Below are positions 25,110-36,900 of a DNA stretch of 64,000 bases, piece by piece. Each line of letters begins with the position of its first letter. The first letter of the stretch is position 1. Under the pieces are notes generated by a model. That model saw only the letters and a list, made by a program, of their open reading frames with translations, was not told the DNA's origin and searched no databases. Where the stretch lies: assembly GCA_964187785.1 (NCBI GenBank), contig OZ076409.1, forward strand, positions 27,778,001 to 27,842,000, given 5' to 3'. Made by a program: the position numbers and the translations under genes. The DNA is from Amphiscolops sp. MND2022 (taxonomy: Eukaryota).

Positions 25110-27985
25110 CTTACCTCGACGATCCTAATTTGGTGGTTCCTGCTATAAATTTGTAGTTGGTTTTTAAAAATTATGATACGATGCCCTAATTTATAAATTT
25201 TTCCTCCACTTGATGCTTGTTTCATTCAGGGGACCGTTATTGACACTGTGAGGAGGCTCTGCAGCTTGCAGCGCTTTGGCTTCTAGCTTATCTTCTTTTG
25301 AAATGGGCTAAATCCGCTTTTACCATGGCTCCAGTTCGCATGGTTCTTTTTTATTATACTAGTAAAATCTTGTAAGACTTTCAGACCGAGAAAAGTCGAT
25401 AATCAGCTGCAGTTTTATACCCATTTTTTCTTCATCTCTCGTTTTTTCATCAATCAGCGCTATTGAAAGTTGAACCTCAATTAGTTTTCGGTCAAATGAG
25501 ACTGAAAATTCCCTTTTGAACAAATGAACCGGCAACAGTTGGATTTAGTTCTCAAAAGTAGTTCGGTTCAAATCTTCAACAACTTTCACATTTCTCTCGT
25601 GCTCTAAAGCGGGCATGTTGTCTTGCTACGTAATAGTGGCTACTTTCAACGAGAGCAGGATTGTTTCTTGGTGTTTGGGGAGCTAGGAGACACGAAAAAA
25701 TCGTGTTGTATATTCAAATGCATTTTTGTTTCATTTCACTGAATTGTTTATGCTTTGGAGTGTCAATGTGTTTCTTTTTGAAGGTAATACAATCTTGTTT
25801 TAATTTTTTTATGCCTTGTCTTAATTTTATGTCTTCTCCGAAGATCTTTCCTGGTAAAAGGTATTGCTGAGTATTTTCTAAACAATTAGTTGCGACTAGG
25901 ATGAAGTATAAATATATATTCATTTCAAAATTATCCTTTTCTTAGATAAATCCTGGTCAAGCCAAGACTCCGCAACATATTGGCATTATGAAAAGGTTTA
26001 TTGTCGCATTTGTCCTCTAAATTTTCTCTTGTTCAAATTTTTAAAACTATATTATTCTACCTTCAAAAATGAACTTTATGTAGTTTTATTCTTTGCGTCA
26101 AGCAAAATCAGCTGTTGATTTGATTGACCAAAAGACAATTTGTTTGAATTCAAGAATCTTATGGTTTTTGAGTTTCTGAAATCATGTTACTCAACTTGAT
26201 TGCTCAAAGCTTCATAAAGATTCACTTTCAGTTTGAAAAGTTCTAGATTGTAATTGTTTTTTTTCGCTCTTCAAAGCTAGTCAAGTGTCCAATTACTTGA
26301 TTGGCGATTGTACTGAAAATATTCCTTATATTTTTATACTGTCGACTTCGGCTAACTACCGAAGGAAACTAAGAAAATATTCAGTTTAATCAAAATACTC
26401 AAATACAACTTCAAAGAAAGTAAAATATAGAGATTTAGCTTAATTGAGATGACGCATCGAAACTCTTTATTCATGTGTTTTAATTTTTCGTTCCATTTCG
26501 TTTTCTTTTTTAGTTTTCTGAAATTTGATTCAGTGTTTTTTCCTACAATTTTTGACAGGTCAGTTTTTCTCACGCGTTGAGTTTTCCCATAGGCTGCGTG
26601 GCAGTAAAAGTTGGAATCTCGCCATTCCGCACAGACCTTACCTTTTCAAATTTTAATGTACTAATTACAATTTTGGTATAACGTATATTCCCTAGAACGT
26701 TTTACCGAATACTACATTTTTCATTTCGTAGTACTTATGAGACATTGGTATTCCTAATAAACTGTTGAAACTGTTATTTTCTGGACTATTTCTCAGAAAT
26801 ACAATTCCTTCACAAAGCAATGGACTTTGGAATACTGTGGTAGGAGACTTGTCATGTGTAGCATGAACTAAAACAGATCATAGTTGAGGACAGATGAACT
26901 TGAATTTAGAATATCGAAATCCTTGACATTTTAATAATGAACTTTTCAACTATTCAATGATGAACTTCAAACAATCTACATTATTTGTTTATTCAATAGA
27001 AAATGAAAATGAGTCTTTAATAACAAGCTCAGATTTAAGAATTAGTAATTTCATGGTTCGGTTTTAACTAGCCAAAAACAGGATTGTGCCCATGCTTCGA
27101 AGAAAAACCTCCACTCGCCAGAACAGTCTTCTCAAGTTAAGACAAGTTCAAAGCAATTAAGACCTGAAATAGAGGTTTAAAAGTAGTCTCGTATTAGGAA
27201 TACCAATTTCTCAACAGTTGCGACGATATTGCATTTTTGAGAAATATTCGATTTCACAAACAGAATAAATGTACATGTATATATGCTGAAAACCTGTTAA
27301 GCCTTTCTCAAATGCGCTCATGCCGGCGACAGGAATAACACAATAATTTATTCAGACGTTAGTCCCGAAACACTCATTCATAAGATGTTCGCGCCCCTGT
27401 TTACGGTATACAAGCATTTACTTTAGTCAGTTTTTGGAAAATAGATCCGGAAAACTTTCATCGTCATATTCGCAAAATGAGAATATGGTGTCTTTTCTTT
27501 TGCCCGAAAATGGCTTTTCAATATCACGGTTCAAATTTCCGCTTAGCTGATATTCCATCAACCGAAGTTGACTTTACTTCCCAAAATGATCATTTCCGAT
27601 ATCAACTCTAAAACGAGATTCAACGAGTTATTCAATTCAATCTTTGCCTTTTCGCAATTGCTATATTTGTGCTTGTTTACCTTGCATATGCTACTGAGCA
27701 TACATTTCGTAGTTGATTAGTTTGACCTGATTGGAGCCACGGTTGTTTACTGATTACATTATGTCCAATTTAAGTCAACTTTTACTTCTTTGGAATTGAA
27801 TTTGTGTTTGGATTTGTTGCACAACTTGGTGAACATTTTTCAGGTTGATTTTGGGGCGGTCTTATCTACTTAAGTTTGTCACAATAAAATTTTAATCACT
27901 CGAAGCAAGTTGGTTCACATTTCGTCCAAATCAAACTCAACCGCCATCCTCGACCGCCGAATTGGACTAAAGAGAAAAACACTTG

Positions 27986-30900
27986 ATGAGTGAAATGGGA
28001 GAGTTCAAAGCCTACGTCCAGTTGGACGAACTGTTGTCTGACTTCGAAATCAACGAAAAGAACTTGCACAAAATCAAGAACAACATGCTCGAAGAAATGG
28101 AAAAAGGCCTCAAAGGTTACAATTTTCACTTTACCAATGAATTTCTCCACGTCAAATAAAACAAGATAACATCGCAAAGTCTGCCGACAAATAGTAACTT
28201 GGACTTCTTTTCGTGTTCAAAACTTTCCGTGACACACCTTTTTCTAATTTGGTATACGGTTACCTTTTTTTATAGAAACGGTATTGTAATGCCATTAGCC
28301 CTAATTTTATGGATACTATACAATTTCCAAAAAGCCCAGGTGACTGCTGCTTCAATGTTTTTTCGCCCTTTTTCAAAATTACTTTTGTTGAAAGGAACCA
28401 GAAATTTTGCGCTCAGTGTTTAGCTGAGCTCATTTATATGCTTGAATGCACTATTGGGAATATTCGCCTTCAGAGTTCAAGGAAGCAATGACTCCTCTTA
28501 GTCTACAAAAGCATATTGATTGTTTTGAAATGAGATGTCTAGTCTCCCTTGTTGCTCATGTCGCTTTGATAACTTCAACACGACATACTTTAAGCAGGAA
28601 GCTAACATTTATTGTCTATACCATTTCCAGACCAATTTCATTATAATGAAAAAACATTTTCAAATGAATGCAAATCAATTTCATATTAACTCAAAACATT
28701 TTCATATGAATGCAAATCGATTTCATTGTTACGCAAAACATTTTCATATGAGTGCATTTCAGTTTCATTGTTGCGCAAAACATTTTCATTTGGATGAAAT
28801 TCATTTTCATTGTTCTGAATTCGTTTTCATTTGCTAATGGGTTTAAAACATTCAGCACATCCCTTTTATTTGGACACTGTGCGACTTTTTTTTCCAATTT
28901 AAAACTCTTTTTGCTTGATTGGCTCAATCTAGGGGAAAGCATTTTCGGAGCATGATAGATCCTTTTGTGATAATTTGGAACTGTGAGGGTTTTCAGAACT
29001 TTTTTAGTCGGCGCTTTTCTTAAGAAAAGAGCCCGACTATTACAGTCACTCGTTTTTTTTTTTTTTTATTTAAGACAGACTCGAAGCGACGAACGTTAAA
29101 ATTAACGTTCAACTACTAAATACAGTACTACTAAAATACTGGCAGCGCATTTGAGATAGTGCAAAGGGTCCCCCCTTTCAGTAAGTCCGTTTTTATCGTA
29201 AGATACAAAACAGGACGAGACTATAGGGTCCCCCCTTTGAGTTTTTTTCGGCACTGTGCGACTTTTTTTTCGAAATTTTCTTGTCCCCAAAGGGTCCACC
29301 CTTCGCGTTTTTTGATATTTTGCAACTGAATGAATGTTAAAAAATCCGAATCTGTCGAACTTGGGTTTTCCGGTACTGAAAAAGAATACTTGACACTTTT
29401 TTGTCCTTTTGTTATTTTTGAACCTTAGATATGGCGCCGACTTGGGCCGGTCCCGGCTTGTTACAATTGCAAGTGTTCTTCCGTAATAAAAATTTTGGCA
29501 TTTTCCGATTCACTGAGAGAGAATTGTAAGCTGAAGGTAAAATTTGAAACTGCGATTGAAAATGAAATTCGTTTGAATGAAAACGTGTTGCATGAAAATG
29601 AAATTGTTGTTCACTCAAATGAAACGGAAGTTCTTTGATATGAAAATGTTTTTCATAAGAATGAAAAAAATTCTCACATGAATGAAATTGGATTTCAACC
29701 ATATGAAATTGTTTTGCACCAAAATGAAATTGATTATTCAATTTAATGAAATAGAATTGGAAATGGTATAGAAAATTTTCACAGCATGTTCGATTGAATG
29801 GAAGAAACCTTCAACTTGAAAAATTACTTGTTACATGTATGTATTGAATAGTTTCCAAGTCTTCTGTCAAATTTTCATTAATGTGATTTATTTTTGAATC
29901 AAAGTATGAACGAACTTTGAATCACTTTCAATTTTACATTTTTCAAATTGAACACAAGTAAATACGGTAATTTTTTAATGGACTTTTCATTATCATTGTG
30001 TATGATCGTTTGTCATGATCCTTTGTCGTATCCATTTTTCATCCGAATAAAGCCGTCCGTTTTATTGTCCCCATACTTAGTCGAATGTCTCTATGATTTG
30101 GAAGCTCTGTGAATTCATTTCATTGACCCTTCAAAAAATGCCTGTCAAAAAATGCCCCGTCATCTCTGAAATATAGATTAGAACTCATCGAAACTTATTC
30201 TCCGAATGAAACGCATCCAGCTGTTTTTTGTGGGTGGCTGTCTTTCTAAAGGAAATGAGCAGATAATTTTCATCTAGAGCTCAATCATTCTATAATTTAA
30301 GATTTTTTCTCTACAAATACAGTATGGGACCGTGCGTATCGAAACATCAAGGTGAAATGATGTATTTGTCCATTTTGAAGAAGGGACTCGTCGGGAAAGT
30401 TTCCCAGGTGTCAATACGTCGCATAGTCTCTTTACAGTGTCAGTAACGGTCCCGTTGAAATGAATTTTTGAAACATTGATAAGTGGAGGAGAATTTATAC
30501 AATAGGTCGTCGTTAGAAATGGCTGCTATGCTACATGATTAGTGGCATTCGAAGGTTTGTCAAGGTTAAGACAGCTCTCCCTTGTAGAATATGGCACTTA
30601 ATAATGAATTAAGATTGTCGTAGAAGTGATCATCTGTGTTGAATCACCACTAAGAAGAAAATATACAGGTTATAATGTCTCATCGATAGTATTAGGATAC
30701 TAAATGGTTTATCCAATTTTGAGCCGAAAGTTTTGACCGCATCTGTGATGTCTGCCTGTGTAAATTTTTCCTTCATCTGAATCGATTGCGGTCTTGAATT
30801 TTAAACAGAAAGTAAGTTTTCCCTTTCCCCTTCAAAGTTCATGTATTTATTCTACTTCTTACCGAAAGCCGGGTTGTTTTCACATATTTTCACATACATA

Positions 30901-33900
30901 TGTTCGTATTTTGTTTTGTTTTTTTTTCTATTGTATTTCGTTTTGATACATGCGCCCGTAGGCATTTTTATCGAGTTGTTTATAAGCCATGGCTTCGTAT
31001 TGAGGCGAAGTCATGGCGACAAACAGCCTTTGTCTGTTTTTTTTAATCAAAATGTTTTTGCGTTTTTTCAGGCTTATCATCGTGATGTGGTCTTTGTTAC
31101 AATATTGCGTAATGTATAGACCTAGTTCATCCTGTGAAATGGGCCAACCCCATTCATGGCAATCCAAGGCTAGAGCCTTCTTTCTAGTTTTTATAGATAT
31201 TGGGATGTAGTCATTGCCCTTGAAAAGAGCTTGAATTGGGGCTTGTTTAATTTACCCGAAAAGTCTATTACATCTTTTAACTTTACAAGTATGATTCTCT
31301 TTCGACATACATTTTATTACTACTATGTAGCGCAATTGTTGACCGCGATTTGGAGAAAACGCTCCGCATATATTCGAAATGAAATAGCTTCCCTGATATG
31401 AAACTTATGCATAATTATAAGTAGTTAAGTTGTGCGAATTTAGGTGTTCAGTCGGACCTGAGAATGATTCCAACGTACGTGCGCGCCTTGCCCGATGGAT
31501 CCGAACAGGGTCGCTACGTGGCCTTAGATTTGGGAGGCACCAGGTTCAGAGTGCTCACGGTCCACTTCAACGAGGGAACGGACAACGATGAGGTCACGAG
31601 CAAGTGGTTCGACATTCCCCCCAAAGTCATGACTGGCACTGGCTTCCAGCTGTTCGATTACATGGCAGAGTGCATCGCTATCGTCGTCAGTGAAAACTCC
31701 TTACAAGATTACGAATTGCCTCTCGGTTAATCTTTCACAATCCAATCTCATTCAACTTCCCTTCATTTTTGCCGACGGTTTTAGTCGGCGCTGCATGAAG
31801 TGAAACGCGACTATTATAGTGACTTTTTTTCTATCCACACGAACTGACCAAAATAGTTCTTAAAAGTTCTACAAAATATTATTGCACCAAATTGCACTAT
31901 TTAGCCTAGCGAACTGAACCAAAAAGGTTTTTCCTGTTTTTCCGCGTAACATACCATACCGGGCGAGACCAAAGGGTGCCCCCTTTCATTTTTTTTCGGC
32001 ACTGCGAGACTTTTTTTTCGAAAAAAAATTTTCCCCAAAGGGTCCCCCCCTTCATTTTTTTTGATGTTTTGCGACAGAATGGATGTTGGAAAATCCCAAA
32101 GGGTTCCTCCTTTCAGTTTTTTTCGGCATTGTGAGATTTTTTACCGAGAATAAAAAAAAATTCTTCAATTTTTTGATGTTTTGCCGCAGAATGGATGTTG
32201 AAAAACCCCAAAGGGTCCCGCCTTTCAGTTTTTCGGCATTGTGGGACTTTTCCTAAATTTTTTTTCTCTCCAAAGGGTCCCCCTTCAATTTCTTTGATAT
32301 TTTACAACAGATTGGGTGTTTAAAATCCCAAAGGGTCCCCCCTTTCAGTTTTTCGGCATTGTGAGATTTTTTTTCGAAAATTTGTTTTTTCTCCGAAGGG
32401 GCCCCCTTCAACTGCGACAAAAATGTTGACAATTTCGGAAGTTTCCCCCTTTTAGCGCGCCAGGGGCTCGCGCTAGCGGGCCCCGGTGCGCCACCCGGTC
32501 CATTTTTTGAGTATGTAATTTTTTCGAAAAATTTTTGATTTTCGAGTACTGTAAAAGAGAATACTTGACACTTGGAAGTCTTTTTGCTATTTTTGAGCCT
32601 TGGATATGGCGCCAACTTGGGCCGGTCCCGGCTTGTTATATCTAATTGATTGAATTTGTTCAACCTTTTAACATTATTGTTTTGTCGTGCACGAATGGAA
32701 TCAAAATTCGTTCACTAGAGCCTGTTCATTTTGAAATAAATGATTCGTTCTGCTAGTGTGATATAAAATCGTTATTCAGGTTTTATATGGCAATATCTAA
32801 AGTAAATAGCTGCACAATCTGATGAGTGAAATTAAAATGGTTTGACCGCGTTGATTTACAGGTTTCACTTTCTCGTTCCCGTGTCAGTTGAACGGTCTTG
32901 CAAGTGCCACTCTGTTGAACTGGACAAAGGGCTTCAACATCCCCGAAGTGGTTGGCCAGGACGTCGTGCAGAAACTCAACGAAGCAATCGAATTGAGAGG
33001 TAAACAAGCTGCAGCTCTGCTTCACCATTTGTTCGATTACCCTGTCAGCTTCACTTGAAAGTTTTCGTTTTTTAAAAGTCAATCTTTATAGTCGGCGCTT
33101 TATGAAATGAAATGCGAATATTGTAGTGGCCTTTCAGTCCGGTCGAAGTGACCATGAAAGATCTACTTTCTGTCTAACGTCGAAAGGTTTTGAAATCTCG
33201 TCCTTTCGTTTTTTGTCTTTCATTCGCCCTAAAAAGTTATGGCTTTTTTCGGCACTGTGCGACTATTTTTTGGAAACTTTCATTTAAAAAAAAGCACCCC
33301 TTCGGTTCTTTGATGTTTTCACTTTTTAAGCCATTCAGCTATCGCTCAGCACTGATATTTTGAGAGAAATTTAAAAAATAGGCTTCGCTTCACCTAAACA
33401 ATTGATTTGAAGTATCTTGATTCTTGAGAAGCCCCGGTTTATTCTGTTCTCGGCTTGTTGAAAGTTCAAATAGCCTTGAATATGCCGTTATTTAACGAAA
33501 CGCAAAGGCTTAACGAAACGAGACTCCGGAAATTGGACGCCAAAAACATGTTTACAAAACCGGAAATTTACAAACTGAAACATGTTTCAGAGAAATTGGA
33601 TTTTCAAGGTAAAGAAATTAATGAATGATGGCATAAATTGTAAACATCCCTATCACAATGAATTGCTCAACTCGAGCGGAATTGTATCACAAGGTGAAAC
33701 TTCATTTCGATTCAATTGTTATTTCACCGACGAAAGTCGAATAATCATTTTGGAATTAATCGCTGTTTCAGTCATTACATATTTTCGAAGCGTATTGTTT
33801 GATCGTTCCAATCAAAACCGATAATGGTTTTAATTGAATCAAATCAATACCAAATTTGTAAGATTCTGAATGTCTCAAATTCACCGGACTAAATCGCGAA

Positions 33901-36900
33901 TTCATGACAGCTTCTATTTGTTTTGAGCCCGCCCTTAGTCAACATGATTCAATATGAAGTTGAATTATCGTAGTTTTGTTCTTTTGCATACTTTTTACGA
34001 TGTTGATTTTGGCACTTGTTAGATTTCGAATTTCTTGCGAGAAGTTCAACTCCGCTCCTCTTTCAACTCCATTCATTTGTATGTACTATGTACAATGAAT
34101 TTGTGTGAGGCTGGACAAATGAGGGGAAAATTGGACCATGCTTCGTATTCCCCCTAAGCCGCCGTGGGCGTGGTATAGAGGAACATTGTTCAAATACCAT
34201 TATGTCGGCATCATTTGCGATGAAATCTTGGTCCAATAAAATAATTGATGTCGACATGATTCGATTTTTTACATTGGCGGGCAGTTGAAAGTTGCTCAGT
34301 ATTATTTACGGCAGATAGAATTTACGTTAAATTAATGGTCTTTCTAGATGATTTTAACTTGTTCTAGGTGTGAAATGTTGCCATTTCAATTCAAAAGTAT
34401 CAAAAAATCATTGTATATTTTTGATGGACGTGTCAAAACGATTGTGGTGTCAAAACTTTGTAAACATCAAATTCTTTCATTCGAGGAGGGATAAGAAACC
34501 AGGTGTACCTGGGGGAATAAGAATTATGGTCTGAAAAATTGTCGGAATAGTTGTTTGTCCTGAATTTGAGCAAATTTGATGTACCAGAGTGAATTTCAGG
34601 CAATCACGTTCGAGTAGAGGCAATAGTGAACGACACAGTGGGCTGTCTGTGTACGGGGGCCTATGAAGACCAAGAGGCTCAGATCGGAGTCATTTACGGG
34701 ACCGGAACCAATGCATGTTACATTGAGAAGCTGTCGAACATCAAAACTCTCAATCTGGATCCCAACGAAAGTGACCAGGTATACAAAATTGCTTCTTGAC
34801 CTATTATCAAAATGTTATTAACTCTGACTTCATTGGATGTTATCTGTTGTGCTGTTTTTTCTTAGGTCAATCTCATTGCTAATGGCCTTTGGTGTCTCCT
34901 TCAACTTTCAGGTTTTTCAAAAAACGTTTCAGTCAGGATGATTTATAAGTCAGGATAAATGATAAGTCAGGATCATTTATCAGACTACTTTACTTGCCGA
35001 CTGGGAAATGAATACTTGCTGAATTGATTTGTATGATATAATTGTAAGATGTCATTATAAGCTATTGATTCGTTGCGTTACTGGTCAGTTTCAAAACCGG
35101 TGCCTCCACATATCGCCTCAGCTCGGTATACCGAAGATTAGGGCTTCAGCTACCCACTACGTCATCATCCCAATCGAGCTGTAGTTCCGATGCTCGGAAG
35201 TGTTGAATGAACACACTTCACCTGTGTGTCTCACTTTCCGAAAAATCAATTTCGTTTTTTTTCCTTACTTGCGTACACCAAGTGTATTCTTTTCGAACCA
35301 GTTCAAAGTGAATTTGAAGTGTTGAAACCCTTATTGCACATGACTGAGTGTGAAGTATGTAGTGACGAATCTAGAAGTAGTGTATATAATCGTATTTGAC
35401 GCCAGCGCGAAGGGCGCAAGCTGGCTCACTTCGTTCGCCCCCTTGCTTCGCCATTCGCTTCGCTCATGGCTACTTCGCGCTAACGTCAAATACGATTATA
35501 TACACTACTTCTTTACCATCCTTACACCTATCGTTAAATACGATTTCTTACACTACTTTGGTAATACTCTACTAACCATGTTTTAGAATAAAGCTGAAAT
35601 TCTTTTGAACTGCTAAATTTCTATGAATTTCACTCTGTAAATGTAAATATTGATTTTCAAAAGAAATTTTTTCAGACTGCTAATTAGTTGAGAAGGTAGA
35701 TGTAAATATTGATTTTCAAACGAAATTCTTCCAGACTGCCAATTAGTTTAGAAGGTAGATGTAAATATTGATTTTCAAAACAATTAAAAAGAAACGAGAA
35801 AAACTTGAGCACTGAAGTGAATTTAATTACACCAAAAATCAATAAAAACACCCAACATTTTCAAAAATTATCTCCACTTCTACTGGGTTTTAAGAGATGG
35901 GGTTTTCACCATTGTGATCCTCTCTTCCATACGAGTAAAAAGAGATGTCGATGAGCAAAATCCGCCGAGTAGTTAACAAAACCCATCACCAAACGCATTC
36001 ATTTGAAACAAGATAAAATCAAAAAATCTAATTTGACCATGCTGGTTATTTGACCATGCTAGTTATTTGAGCATGTGCGATTTTTGAATTACGCGCGCTC
36101 CTAGGTATGGATAGGTGGATAGCAAACCATTGCACGAATCAAAAAATCTAATTTGACCATGCTAGTTATTTGAGCATGTGCGATTTTTGAATTACGCGGG
36201 CTCCTAGGTATGGATAAGCGGATAGCAAACCATTGCACGAATCAAAAAATCTAATTTGACCATGCTAGTTATTTGAGCATGTGCGATTTTTGAATCACGC
36301 GCGCTCCTAGGTATGGATAGGTGGATAGCAAACCATTGCATGAATCCTCCAAACATTCATTTGTATTATTAATTACAACTCAGTCGCCACACTCTCTTAT
36401 CAACATGAGTGACAATCTCAAAACGAATATCAACCTTGCCAAAAAAATAAAGAAACTCGGATCCCGTCAGGAGGCTGTTTTGGCTGGTGTGGCAGACCAA
36501 CTGACAGAAGAAGAGAAGGCAAATATCACCATTGCTCTAGGCAAAATGGATCAGCTCTCTAACAATATCAAGATTGAAGATGATAAACCCACAAATCAAA
36601 CCACATCGGGCGCACCAAATTTTGAAGCCTTCTTCTCAACATTCAGAAACGAGCTTCACGCATATGAGGAATCAGACAGAATGGACAGCTTGATGTTTTC
36701 ATCAGGTGAGTATCTCCAATTCAAGACAAGTCTCTATGACAGCTTTGATCCGATGTACTACAAGCGCTATATCTCGCAAATTTACAAATTTGAAGGTCAA
36801 GCCAACCGAGTGTTGCTGTTTCTTGCTGCTGACCGAGGTTTCATTTATTCCAAAATGAAAGAAGATTGTCTCCTGAAAAATATCACATGGAGAGAATATC

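Noticed and set aside
35350..35586. ORFs over the terminal hairpins (also 50345-50715)
   Set aside because: They are incidental frames across palindromic non-coding ends.
36017..36346. CRISPR-like array (also considered for 41869-42011)
   Set aside because: Whole units repeat with no unique spacers, no cas genes are present, and the context is eukaryotic.
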